Source: an uncultured Tateyamaria sp.
GTDB lineage: Bacteria > Pseudomonadota > Alphaproteobacteria > Rhodobacterales > Rhodobacteraceae
Length of the DNA: 64,000 bases
Assembly (NCBI RefSeq): GCF_947496075.1
Contig: NZ_CANMBJ010000003.1
Location: 87,834-151,833, forward strand
Direction of reading: 5' to 3'
A program made the translations under genes and the position numbers. Positions 16,370 through 25,855 of this stretch are shown one piece after another. Each line of letters starts with the position of its first letter. Positions within the stretch are counted from its first letter, which is position 1. Under the pieces are notes generated by a model. That model made no database searches, was not told the origin of the DNA, and saw only the letters and a program-made list of their open reading frames with translations.

Positions 16370-19179
16370 GTGACGCGCCGATCAGGATTGGCCACCCGGA
16401 TGAGGGCTTTGCGCCAGATGTTTGTGGCTGCTGTGACGGGACCGAGCTGGCAACGCTCCGACCAACAGAGAACCGGCCCAACCTTTCCGCGATAGCATTC
16501 CGGGCGGGGGATCACGGGCAGTTCAAGGCGTCGATGCTGACCCGGCTGGCGTCTTCCACCTATCCGGCATTGCGGGGGCTGGGGACGCGGGAAGATGACG
16601 ATTTCTCGATTGCGCTCATTGATGCCTGGGCGTCGGCCTGCGATGTGCTGACTTTTTATCAGGAGCGGCTTGCCAACGAAGCCTATATGGGCACGGCGAC
16701 AGAGCGGCTTTCCATCGGGGAGTTGGCGCGGTTGATCGGGTATCGCCTGCATCCGGGTGCTGCTGCTGAGACCGATCTGGTGATCCTGATGGAAGACCCC
16801 CCGGCGGCGGAGGCGGATGTGGCAGAGCTTCTCGTGCCCGAAGGCACGCGGGTGCAGAGCCAGCCGGGACCGGGCGAGATGCCACAGGTGTTCGAAACGA
16901 TCGAAGACCTTGAGACGCGGGTGGCGTGGAATGCGCTGCGGCCGCAGCTTTTCGAGGGGGCGCTGCCACGGAACGGGGATAGGTCCACCTGGCTCGCGGG
17001 GAGCCCCGCCTTACAAGTGGGCGATACGATCCTTTTTGTCAGCCGGGAACGCGATGATGAGGATTTTGTCGATTTCAGCACGAACTCTCCGTTTTGGGAC
17101 AGACGGCGCATCGTACGAGTGGAGCTCTTTGCGGAGCTCGACCGCACGCGGATCACTTGGGATCGGCCGCTCAACAGTGTGAATTCCGGCCCCTCAGGAC
17201 CGACAGCTGGTCTGCGTTTGTTTGTGCTACGCGACCGGGCTTCACTCTTCGGCTACAACGCGCCGCATCCGCTTTCGATCGGGGAACGAAACCGGGATGC
17301 CTACGGTTATTCTGATGATCCGCAGCCAAACTCGCCCTCCACCATCTCGGGCACAGATGCGGAGTCCGGTGATTGGCTTTTTACCTTCGCTGAAGACGGC
17401 TCGATCTCGCTCGATCTCGTTTACAAGAGTTTTGTGGAAGGTGGCTGGGTGGTCATCACGACGCCCGCAGGTTTGAGCACTCTGCACCGGATCGAGACGG
17501 CGAGCGCAGATACGGAAGCGCGATATGCTCTGAGCGGCAACGTGACCCGGCTAACGTTCGATCTACTGCCGGTAATCGTAGGGCTTGAGACCGTCTATCG
17601 CCGGTTCTCGGTGAACGGTGGCAGCGAGGAGCTTCAATTCGCGGACACGCCGGTGACGCGCATCGTTGCGGGTAGCGACGTGACGCTGAATAATGCGGTG
17701 GACGGCCTGCCGGAGGGGCGGAAGCTGATTTTCCGCGGCAAGCCAGCGCGCCTGCGGGTTGTGACGCAATCGGTGAATGTGGCGCGGCCTGATGCCGACC
17801 CGCTGGAGGTGGAGAAAGGCGCGTTACTGACGCTGTTGGCCGATCCAATTTCCATCTTCATCTTCGGCGTGACGATCTCGATTTTCCGGGTGCGGACGGA
17901 GGCCGGAGACGAGGGGTCCGTTACAGTGTTCGGAGATGTCGATGCGGTCCTCGAGACCGTGGCAGCGGACGAGACGGCGCCGGAAACCGCCGTCGTTGCG
18001 GTGCTCAAAGGTGCCGAGACGGTAGGGGGCGGCCCCACTGTTCTGACGCTGAAAGAAGCGCTTCCCGTGGCCTTCGACCGGGAGAGCCTGCGCATCCACG
18101 CCAACATAGCGCGCGCGGCTAATGGAGAAGGGGTGACAGACATTCTGGGCTCGGGCGATCCTGCGCAACCCTTTCAGAAGTTTCTGCTGAAAGAGGCGCC
18201 TGTGACACATCGGGTGGCGCCGACAGAAACAGGGATAGAAAGCACGCTGACGCTGCGCGTGGATGGTGCGGAATGGGATGAGGTGCCGGATCTTTACCAG
18301 CGGGGCGCGTCCGCGCGGGTGTTCAAGACATCGCTGACGGATGCGGGCGAGACGGTTGTGGAGTTTGGTGACGGGATTTCCGGGGCGCGGCCCCTGGCCG
18401 GGCGTGACAATATCGTGGCCGATTACTCCAAGGGGATCGGGCTTGCCGGGAACGTGCGTGCCGGGCAGCTGAAACTGCCTTTGGACAGACCCCTGGGATT
18501 GAAAGAAACGACCAACCCGCTGCCCGCGACGGGCGGGGATGACCCCGAGCGGCAGGAGGATGCGCGGCGGAATGCTCCGATTTACCCGCTGACGCTGGGG
18601 CGTGTGGTCTCGCTCACTGACTATCGCGACTTTGCGCTCGGTTTTCCGGGGATTGCAAAGGCGGAGGCGCGCTGGGTTTGGCAGGGAGAGACGCGGCGGA
18701 TCGTGGTGACTGTGGCAGGACCCGGTGGCGTGGAAATTCCTGAGGGCTCCACGACGTTTGCCAATCTCTTGGCGGCGTTCCGTTCTCTTGGGGACCCGCT
18801 GGTGGGAGTGGATTTGCTGTCTTACGCGCCTGCGTTCTTCCGGCTGGGACTACGTGTCGCCGTAGACACCGCATATGATGCAGACCTCGTGTTGCCTGCC
18901 ACCGAGGCTGCGCTGCGCGAGGCGTTTTCCTTTGAGGCGCGGGACTTCGGGCAGTTACTGGCATTGAGCGAAGTGGCCGTGGCGGCGCATCGGGTGCCGG
19001 GAGTGGCGGCGATTGATGTGGATCTGCTCTACCGGGAGGAGGCGCCTCAGACAGTACAGATCGCCCATGCCCGGCTGATTTCGCAGCAGGGGCGGCAAGG
19101 AACCGACGGTGAACTTCTGCCTGCAGAAATCCTGACACTTGCGCCAGGTGCGCTTGATAAGCTGGAGGTGATGTCATGA
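16366..19179 (+). CDS. baseplate J-like (gp6/gpJ family) wedge protein, copy 2
   Basis: PATGGDDPERQEDARRNAPIYPLTLGRVVSLTDYRDFA is a second copy of the same motif. ATGA overlaps at both ends. Confidence 0.75.
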   Translation: MSDAPIRIGHPDEGFAPDVCGCCDGTELATLRPTENRPNLSAIAFRAGDHGQFKASMLTRLASSTYPALRGLGTREDDDFSIALIDAWASACDVLTFYQERLANEAYMGTATERLSIGELARLIGYRLHPGAAAETDLVILMEDPPAAEADVAELLVPEGTRVQSQPGPGEMPQVFETIEDLETRVAWNALRPQLFEGALPRNGDRSTWLAGSPALQVGDTILFVSRERDDEDFVDFSTNSPFWDRRRIVRVELFAELDRTRITWDRPLNSVNSGPSGPTAGLRLFVLRDRASLFGYNAPHPLSIGERNRDAYGYSDDPQPNSPSTISGTDAESGDWLFTFAEDGSISLDLVYKSFVEGGWVVITTPAGLSTLHRIETASADTEARYALSGNVTRLTFDLLPVIVGLETVYRRFSVNGGSEELQFADTPVTRIVAGSDVTLNNAVDGLPEGRKLIFRGKPARLRVVTQSVNVARPDADPLEVEKGALLTLLADPISIFIFGVTISIFRVRTEAGDEGSVTVFGDVDAVLETVAADETAPETAVVAVLKGAETVGGGPTVLTLKEALPVAFDRESLRIHANIARAANGEGVTDILGSGDPAQPFQKFLLKEAPVTHRVAPTETGIESTLTLRVDGAEWDEVPDLYQRGASARVFKTSLTDAGETVVEFGDGISGARPLAGRDNIVADYSKGIGLAGNVRAGQLKLPLDRPLGLKETTNPLPATGGDDPERQEDARRNAPIYPLTLGRVVSLTDYRDFALGFPGIAKAEARWVWQGETRRIVVTVAGPGGVEIPEGSTTFANLLAAFRSLGDPLVGVDLLSYAPAFFRLGLRVAVDTAYDADLVLPATEAALREAFSFEARDFGQLLALSEVAVAAHRVPGVAAIDVDLLYREEAPQTVQIAHARLISQQGRQGTDGELLPAEILTLAPGALDKLEVMS

Positions 19180-21311
19180 ACCGGATCACATCAGAAGCTT
19201 TGTACGAGCTGCTGCCAGCTGTGCACCGGCTTCGCGATGCGGATCAGGGCGAGCCGCTGCGCGCGTTGATGGCAGTGCTGGCGCGCGAGGGTGCTGTGGT
19301 TGAGGAGAATATCGAGCAGTTGCTCGACAATCTCTTTATCGAGACCTGTGCGGACTGGGCTTCACCTTACATCGGCGGCACGATTGGCTACCGGACGCTT
19401 CACCAGATCGAAGGCACGGATGTCGGCAACCGGGCGGAGGTGGCGAATACCATCGGCTACCGGCGCAGGAAGGGTACGGCGGCGGTGCTCGAGCAACTGG
19501 CGCGGGATGTCACGGGGTGGCCAGCGCATGTGGTTGAGTATTTTCAGGTGGTCGCGACGTGCCAGCATACGAACCATATCCGGCCCGCGCATCACCTAGG
19601 GCCGGATCTGCATGATCCTTTGGATCTTGAGCCATTAAACAAGGCGTTTGATCGGGTTTCGCAAACCGTGGATGTACGCTCTATCCAGCAATCGCCGGGG
19701 CGGGAGAGTATTGGGGGCACGCACAATCTGCAAAACATCGGGCTGCATCTCTGGCGGTTGATCCCCATGCAACTGACGCGCGCTCCCGTGCGGGAAGTCG
19801 ACGCGATGCGCTTTCTTTTTGATGCGCTAGGAGCGCCGAGGCAGTTGGTGAACCGGCCCGCGCCAGAGGATACGATTGCAAGTATCTCCGCGCCGCGGCA
19901 CGTGCCAGGAGATCTAACGCGGCGGGCATTGGATGCGGATGTTGCCGAATGGTATCCGAGAGCTTTCGAGATCTTCGTTGATGGCGTCGGAGTGCCGTTG
20001 GAGGAGATCGAAGCCTGTGATCTTTCGGATGATGGCGTTGGCTGGAACCATGTGCCGCCCAACCCCCCGGAGGGTGAGGTGGCGGGCGTGCGCGTGGATC
20101 CGGAGCTTGGGCGGCTCGCCTTTCCGGAAGCGCCAGCGGGTGAGGTGCGGGTGAGCTATCACACTGGCTTTCCGGCGCGGATCGGTGGAGGAGAGTACAA
20201 TCGTGCGGAGGGCCTGGCAGGATTGCCAGAGGCGGAGGTGCGCGAAGTACCAAGCCAGCACGCTACGATCCAGGCCGCGATCGATGCACTGACGGATGCG
20301 GGCGGCATCGTTGAAATTGCCTCCAACGACGTGTTCACAGGCAATGTTGTGATCTCCGTGGCAGACGGCGGGGAGATCGTGCTGCGGGCGGCCGACGGGT
20401 TCCGCCCGATCCTGCGCCCAGCCAACCCGATGCAGATTGAGGGCGGGGTAGACGGCCGTGTGATCCTCGACGGGCTTGTCGTCGAAGGGCAACGGGTGAA
20501 TATTCGGGAAGTGGGTGACGTGTCACTGAAAGAGGTGACGCTCCGCCATTGCACGCTGATCCCGGGGCGGCGTTTCACCGATACGGGTGCCCCACAAAGC
20601 CCGAATGCTTCGAGCCTCACAGTGAACACGGTCGGGCTGGAACTGTTTCTGACGCACAGCGTCACCGGGCCGATCCTGATGGACGAAACGACAAATGCGG
20701 AGATACGGGATAGTATTGTCGATGCCGCTGCCGCCGATTCAGGGGACAGCGCCGAGGCGCGGGCCATTCGGGGGACGGGCGGGGTAAACCAACCAGCCGG
20801 TGCATTGACGATCATCGCGAGCACCGTGATCGGACGAATAACGGCACGAGCGTTTCCGCTGGTTTCGAATTCCATTCTTTTTGCGCGGAGCCCGGGGCCA
20901 GGGGCGCCGATCCGCGCGCTCCAGCGACAAGCGGGATGCATGCGGTTTTCCTGGATTCCGCAAGATGCGATCACGCCAAGGCGCTATCGTTGCCAACCGC
21001 AACTAAGCATCGATCAGGCGATTGCGGTGGCCGAGGAGAGTGGGCCGGTGAGCCAGATGGTACGGCAGCTCATCATCCGGCGGATCACACGGTGGCTTGT
21101 GCCAAGTTTTACCGCACTGAGCGCCAGCCACCCTGCCTATTGCCAACTCCGACAAGCGGCACCGTTGGAGGTTCGCACCGGCGCTTCGGATGAGAGTGAG
21201 ATGGGCGTTTACCATCTTCTCTTTGCTCCACAGCGCGAAACGAACCTGCGTATTCGTCTTGACGAATATCTGCGCTTCGGACTGGAGGCCGGGATTTTCT
21301 ATGAAACTTGA
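19176..21311 (+). CDS. gpI-like baseplate/tail protein with C-terminal beta-helix module
   Basis: The N-terminus (LYELLPAVHRLRDADQGEPLRALMAVLA...LLDNLFIETCADWASPYIGGTIGY) is typical of tail protein I-like proteins. The C-terminal part (ATIQAAIDALTDAGGIVEIASNDVFTGNVVI...) resembles a right-handed beta-helix. Confidence 0.65.
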   Translation: MNRITSEALYELLPAVHRLRDADQGEPLRALMAVLAREGAVVEENIEQLLDNLFIETCADWASPYIGGTIGYRTLHQIEGTDVGNRAEVANTIGYRRRKGTAAVLEQLARDVTGWPAHVVEYFQVVATCQHTNHIRPAHHLGPDLHDPLDLEPLNKAFDRVSQTVDVRSIQQSPGRESIGGTHNLQNIGLHLWRLIPMQLTRAPVREVDAMRFLFDALGAPRQLVNRPAPEDTIASISAPRHVPGDLTRRALDADVAEWYPRAFEIFVDGVGVPLEEIEACDLSDDGVGWNHVPPNPPEGEVAGVRVDPELGRLAFPEAPAGEVRVSYHTGFPARIGGGEYNRAEGLAGLPEAEVREVPSQHATIQAAIDALTDAGGIVEIASNDVFTGNVVISVADGGEIVLRAADGFRPILRPANPMQIEGGVDGRVILDGLVVEGQRVNIREVGDVSLKEVTLRHCTLIPGRRFTDTGAPQSPNASSLTVNTVGLELFLTHSVTGPILMDETTNAEIRDSIVDAAAADSGDSAEARAIRGTGGVNQPAGALTIIASTVIGRITARAFPLVSNSILFARSPGPGAPIRALQRQAGCMRFSWIPQDAITPRRYRCQPQLSIDQAIAVAEESGPVSQMVRQLIIRRITRWLVPSFTALSASHPAYCQLRQAAPLEVRTGASDESEMGVYHLLFAPQRETNLRIRLDEYLRFGLEAGIFYET

Positions 21312-21329
21312 TTTTGGAGGAACACGCCG

Positions 21330-24300
21330 ATGAGTGGTGACTACAGCAGAGACAGTTTCGATGCCCTGCGGGATTATGCCGGGGTGTTCCTTCAGCAAGG
21401 TCGTGCGGTTCTGGACAGCGACTGGAACGAGATGGTCGAGATGTTCGAGCGGCGGATCCGGGCGGGCACCGTAGATACCATTGGACGTGCCGTGGTGCCG
21501 CGGGAGACGATGACGGGTTTCGAGATCCGGCTGACGGACGAAGGTGGGTTGGAAATCGGACGAGGGCGAAAGTATCTGCATGGGCTGCTGCTCGAGTGCC
21601 ACGGGGTTGCGAATTTTACGGACGAGGCGCCCGCGTCGCCCGATCCTGTATTTGATCGAAGCAGGCCCAACACGACCAATGACGATCTTGGCGACCCCGA
21701 AGGAGTGCTGGACGAGTTGATCTCGCCCGAAGAAGGGGATTTCGTCAATTACCTCAACCAGCCCTACTGGCCGACGCCAGTAGACTTGCCCATCGGCGGC
21801 ACAGCACTGGCTTACGTTGTGGCCTGGCAGCGGGAGGTGACACCGATCGAGCGGCCAGATCTATTGGAGCCCGCTCTGGGAGGTGTCGATACCACAACGC
21901 GATGGCAGACGGTCTGGCAGGTGCGCACGTTCGATGTGCCGCGGGCGACCAACTGCCAGACTCCAGACGAAGATATCCCCGGGTGGGAGGCAGAGATCGC
22001 GCCCTCGACCGCGCGGCTGACGACCGGGACAGTGGATGTGGAAGATCCTGAGGATCCGTGCCTGGTGCCGCCGACCGAGGGGTATTCGGGGATCGAGAAC
22101 CAGCTTTACCGTGTCGAGTTGCACTCTGTTGGCGAGGTGGATGAAAACGGGAATCCGCCAGATCAGGAGGATGCGCGGTTCAAGTTCAGTCGGGAGAACG
22201 CCTCGGTCGTGAGCGCTGTCGAGAGCATCGGCAGCACAAATGAGAGCGTCGTGTTGAATCGGATCGGACGGGATGAGATCTTGCGGTTTCGCGAAGGCGA
22301 TTGGGTGGAGCTGACAGACGATCACAGGGAGTTCACCCACCGTTCCGGCGTGATGCTAAGGGTTGCGGTGGTGAATGCCGAAACGCGAGAGATCGAATTC
22401 GAGGCAGCCATCGACGCGGATGTGGAGAATGCGGATTTGGTGCCCTCAGGCGCGGGCGATGATACGGTCGCTGTGCGCCGCACGCGGCTGGTCCGCTGGG
22501 ATCAGAGGGGGGTGATCCGAGAGACGGACGGGGCGGAATGGGTCGATCTCGATGCGCCGGGTTCCGATGGGCTGATCCCGGTGCCGCCTGCGGGTACAGT
22601 CTTGGTGCTGGAATCGGGAATTACGGTGGAGTTTTCGACTGCGGATGCAACGGGCCGGTTTCGCGAGATGGACTATTGGCGCTTCGAGGCTCGGACGGCT
22701 GGCACGCAGATCAATGAGCTGCGGACAGCACCTCCCGAGGGCATCCAGCGACACTACTGCCGACTGGCCGTCGTGCGCTTTCCGACAGCGGCGGCGGGCG
22801 GGTTGGTGCTCGACTGCCGAGTATTCTGGCCGCCGGAATTCGAGGGGGGCGATACGGAAGTTGAGGGATGCTTTTGCACCGTCTGCGTGACGGCCGAAGA
22901 ACACAATTCTGGTTCATTGACCATTCAGGATGCGATCAATCAGGTGGAGGCGGCAGGGGGCACGGTATGCCTTGAGGCTGGCAATTATCTTCTTGGCGAT
23001 CCCATTGTCATAACCAACCGCAACGCAGTGAAGCTGACGGGCCAAGGGATCGGTACGATCCTTGTCTATCAGGGGGCGGGCGGTGCCATTCAGATCGACA
23101 CGGCCAACGACATCCAGTTGGAGCGCTTTTCGCTGCTGGTGGCGCCAGAGGAAGACAACTTGGGCAATATCCCCATCACACATGGGGTGACCGCGATCAA
23201 TGCAGGCCTTGTTGCGCTGCGGCGGTTGGCGGTGCTGGTGTTCAGCGACGACCCGGAAGAGCGAGTGGATCACGGGATCGCTTTTGACGGCACCCAGTTG
23301 GGCGCAAAGGTAGAGGAGTGCGTTGTGGTTGCGCCAGTGGCGTTTGGCTCGCGCTCCTCGTTCGGGCTCGACGAGGATGGCGACCTGCAGTTTGCAGCCT
23401 TTGCAGAGCTGCGCGTGCTTGACAGCATTCTCTTTGGAGGCCGCTTTGGCATCCAGATCGACCGGGCGGCGATCAACATCTCGGCTGCGCTTCTGTCGCG
23501 CAATCTGGTGTTCTCTAATGGAGAAGGTGTGCGGATCAACTGGGCGGAAATCCCGGCAGCAAGCCTTTCGATAGAGACAAGCACCGTCGTCTCTGATGCT
23601 GCGGCAATGGTACTGGGTGCCAATACGACGCGGGTGCAGGATTGCGAGATTTCAGGCGGGGATGAGGCAGGAGACGGTATCAGGCTGTTGCCCAATCTTG
23701 TGCCCGAGGCAACAACGGACGCACAGATCATCGGCAACACGATCTTTGAGCTTTCGGGGGCGGGCATTCGCATCGCCGGGCTGCATGATACGCTGCTGAT
23801 CAAGCGCAATATCATCCGAGAGTGCGCCGAAGCCGGGATTGCGACGACGGCAGAGGCCGAGATCCGACATGTCGCTATCGACAATAACATGATCGAAGAT
23901 GTGAGCGGGACGGGTGCACAGTTTGGCGCTGCGGGCATTCTGCTGACGGCCGCGGCGTCCGGCCAGATTATCGGCAATTCGGTGCGGGCTGTGGGCCAGA
24001 CGGGTGCTGGCCAAGAGAGCTTCGCCGGGATCGCTATCCAAGGGAGCGGGAGCGTGGACATCGCGCACAACTCCATCTCGGAGATCGGGCCACGCGATCC
24101 GGGACCGCGGACGTTCGGGATACTTGCTGCGTCGCCATTCTTTGGTCTGACGATTTCGGACAACCGGATCGTCGAGATCGAGGATGATTTGGGGCCGAAC
24201 GACATCGTCAACTGGCGGGCTATCCAAGTCGGGCGGTTCGACGCGGATATCGGTGCTGAGATCGGGACGCTTGCCACGGGGTTCGTGGCCGTCGCGCCAA

Positions 24301-24734
24301 CGGTAGCACGTGAGGCGCTGGCTTTTGTGGCTGTCGAAGGAACGATGTTTCGCGCCTCGGCGGCGCGATTTACGGTCGCTTCGCGCAACCTGCCGAGCCA
24401 GATTTCGGTGAAGGGCAATCAAGTGCGGAGCAACCGGCAATTGCTGGGTCCTTTGGTCTCGCTTGTTGATCCGGGCGCGCGCAGCCTCGATTTCAGCCAG
24501 AACCAGTGCGATCTGCAAAGCGGAGGTGGACTTTCTGAGGTCGTCCTGATCGGTTCGCAGCGGCTTTCTGCAGGTTCCAACACGGTGACGCATCAGACAG
24601 ATGCGCTTTCCATGCGGCTGGCCACAGGGGCCGCGGGCGCGGCGACGCCGATCGGCAATATCACGACTGCGGGCATTCAGTTGAACGGTGGCGGTCTTCC
24701 GGCACCGTTTTCGGCGCTGAATCTGCAAGCTTAG
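21330..24734 (+). CDS. large tail-fibre/receptor-binding candidate: conserved N-terminal domain (DUF6519-like, from memory) plus parallel beta-helix repeats
   Basis: The N-terminus (SGDYSRDSFDALRDYAGVFLQQGRAVLDSDWNE) is as recalled for DUF6519. After aa ~520 come LTIQDAINQVEAAGGTVCLEAGNYLL and many IxGNxI/V-type repeats (IIGNTIFELSGAGIRIAG, IKRNIIRECAEAGI, IDNNMIEDVSG, IIGNSVRAVG). ggagg RBS. Confidence 0.65.
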   Translation: MSGDYSRDSFDALRDYAGVFLQQGRAVLDSDWNEMVEMFERRIRAGTVDTIGRAVVPRETMTGFEIRLTDEGGLEIGRGRKYLHGLLLECHGVANFTDEAPASPDPVFDRSRPNTTNDDLGDPEGVLDELISPEEGDFVNYLNQPYWPTPVDLPIGGTALAYVVAWQREVTPIERPDLLEPALGGVDTTTRWQTVWQVRTFDVPRATNCQTPDEDIPGWEAEIAPSTARLTTGTVDVEDPEDPCLVPPTEGYSGIENQLYRVELHSVGEVDENGNPPDQEDARFKFSRENASVVSAVESIGSTNESVVLNRIGRDEILRFREGDWVELTDDHREFTHRSGVMLRVAVVNAETREIEFEAAIDADVENADLVPSGAGDDTVAVRRTRLVRWDQRGVIRETDGAEWVDLDAPGSDGLIPVPPAGTVLVLESGITVEFSTADATGRFREMDYWRFEARTAGTQINELRTAPPEGIQRHYCRLAVVRFPTAAAGGLVLDCRVFWPPEFEGGDTEVEGCFCTVCVTAEEHNSGSLTIQDAINQVEAAGGTVCLEAGNYLLGDPIVITNRNAVKLTGQGIGTILVYQGAGGAIQIDTANDIQLERFSLLVAPEEDNLGNIPITHGVTAINAGLVALRRLAVLVFSDDPEERVDHGIAFDGTQLGAKVEECVVVAPVAFGSRSSFGLDEDGDLQFAAFAELRVLDSILFGGRFGIQIDRAAINISAALLSRNLVFSNGEGVRINWAEIPAASLSIETSTVVSDAAAMVLGANTTRVQDCEISGGDEAGDGIRLLPNLVPEATTDAQIIGNTIFELSGAGIRIAGLHDTLLIKRNIIRECAEAGIATTAEAEIRHVAIDNNMIEDVSGTGAQFGAAGILLTAAASGQIIGNSVRAVGQTGAGQESFAGIAIQGSGSVDIAHNSISEIGPRDPGPRTFGILAASPFFGLTISDNRIVEIEDDLGPNDIVNWRAIQVGRFDADIGAEIGTLATGFVAVAPTVAREALAFVAVEGTMFRASAARFTVASRNLPSQISVKGNQVRSNRQLLGPLVSLVDPGARSLDFSQNQCDLQSGGGLSEVVLIGSQRLSAGSNTVTHQTDALSMRLATGAAGAATPIGNITTAGIQLNGGGLPAPFSALNLQA

Positions 24735-24750
24735 AGAAGGGAGAGAGGCG

Positions 24751-25296
24751 ATGCCGACACGAATAGCGACATTGGGGCGGGAACGCCGGATCGCGACGCT
24801 CGCGCGGCGGGTGTTCGATATAGAAGGACGGCCACGGGGAGAGGCGCAGCGCCGCGCGGAAATGGCGCTGTTGCGGGCCAATCCGCAGTTGGCGACGGAG
24901 GCGGGGTTTCGCCCTGGCGCCTCTATTGTCGTGCCAACTGTAGCAGGGTTGAGGCCGACAGAGGCCGTATCAATGGCGCGGGCGGATGCGCGCGGACTGA
25001 CGGAGGAAGCGCGGCTGCGATTGCAGACAGGGAGCGCCGTAATCACATCACGCTTTGCACTTTCAGAGCAACGATCGAAAGCGTTGCGGGCACAGCTTTC
25101 CAGCAGAGCGTTTCGCCAAGAGGTGAAGGAGGCTTTGCCCGAAGCGCTGCCCCTCGCGGAGGCGGCGAATGCACGGCTGGAGGAGGAACAGGCCACGAAC
25201 CGGGAGCGCAGTGCAGCGTTTCAGGCCGGGATCGAGCAGGCTTTGGATGCAGTGCAAGCGCTGCAAGATCTGGCCGAGCAGGAGCAGAACAGCTAA
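24751..25296 (+). CDS. hypothetical protein, last gene of the eCIS cluster (Arg-rich N-terminus, coiled-coil-like C-terminus)
   Basis: Same strand and composition as the cluster; gagagaggcg RBS. No family recognised. Confidence 0.45.
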   Translation: MPTRIATLGRERRIATLARRVFDIEGRPRGEAQRRAEMALLRANPQLATEAGFRPGASIVVPTVAGLRPTEAVSMARADARGLTEEARLRLQTGSAVITSRFALSEQRSKALRAQLSSRAFRQEVKEALPEALPLAEAANARLEEEQATNRERSAAFQAGIEQALDAVQALQDLAEQEQNS

Positions 25297-25369
25297 GCTA
25301 GTCGGCTGGCGTGGTTGCGTCGTAGTTTTTCCGTGACGACATTGCTTGTCATGCGGCTAGGCTCAGGAT

Positions 25370-25716
25370 TCATAACCAAAATATGAAAGCTGCAGCGCGT
25401 GCGATTGCGGAGAGGAAGACGGTTGGGGATCTGTCGTACCGCGTCGTGACACACCTCCAGTCCTTGATCCTGCGCAGCATTCTTTCAATCCGGTTACGTC
25501 TTTTATGGCGGCGCTTATCATACTTGACGGTTTTCTTGAGCGACTTGCGCTCTGGAGTGCAAGGCTTTGTGCCCTGTCTATAAAGGCCTCGCGGCACCAG
25601 TCAGCGTCGTATTCTCTATCAGCAAGCAGCCATTCAGCTTCTGGCAAGCCGCTCATTTGGGGGAGTGGAAAGAACGTGGGGATTGACCGGACCGCGAGGT
25701 AACCTTCTGGGAAAGC
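25370..25716 (-). mobile_element. IS5-family (IS427-group-like) transposase remnant, 5'-truncated and frameshifted
   Basis: One frame reads LLADREYDADWCREAF. The next frame reads GTKPCTPERKSLKKTVKYDKRRHKRRNRIERMLRRIKDWRCVTTRYDRSPTVFLSAIARAAAFIFWL, the conserved C-terminus of IS5/DDE transposases. Only about the last 115 codons are present. Confidence 0.8.
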
Positions 25717-25855
25717 GACCGGAGGGCTAGCGATGAAAATTCGTTTCAGGGTTGGGACCGAGTTCGGCTGGGGCGAGACATGGTCGCATGATTTGGGCAA
25801 TGTGGAGTGCGACTCGGTCGGGGTGTGGTTGTGCAGCGGCGGCGGCCGGTAGTGG

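Noticed and set aside
19176-24734. A diversity-generating retroelement acting on the fibre genes.
   Set aside because: No reverse transcriptase ORF and no obvious template/variable repeat pair were seen near the 3' ends of the fibre-like genes. This was checked by eye only, so a short TR/VR pair could be missed.
1-25296. Alternative readings of the tail cluster: a myovirus prophage, a T6SS, or a Rhodobacterales gene transfer agent.
   Set aside because: No head, packaging, integrase or lysis genes occur in 25 kb, and the DUF4255/AAA+/DUF4157 genes argue against a prophage (upstream sequence is unseen). No TssJLM, TssA or ClpV, and a phage-type sheath and tube, argue against a T6SS. GTAs are non-contractile siphovirus-like and carry capsid genes.
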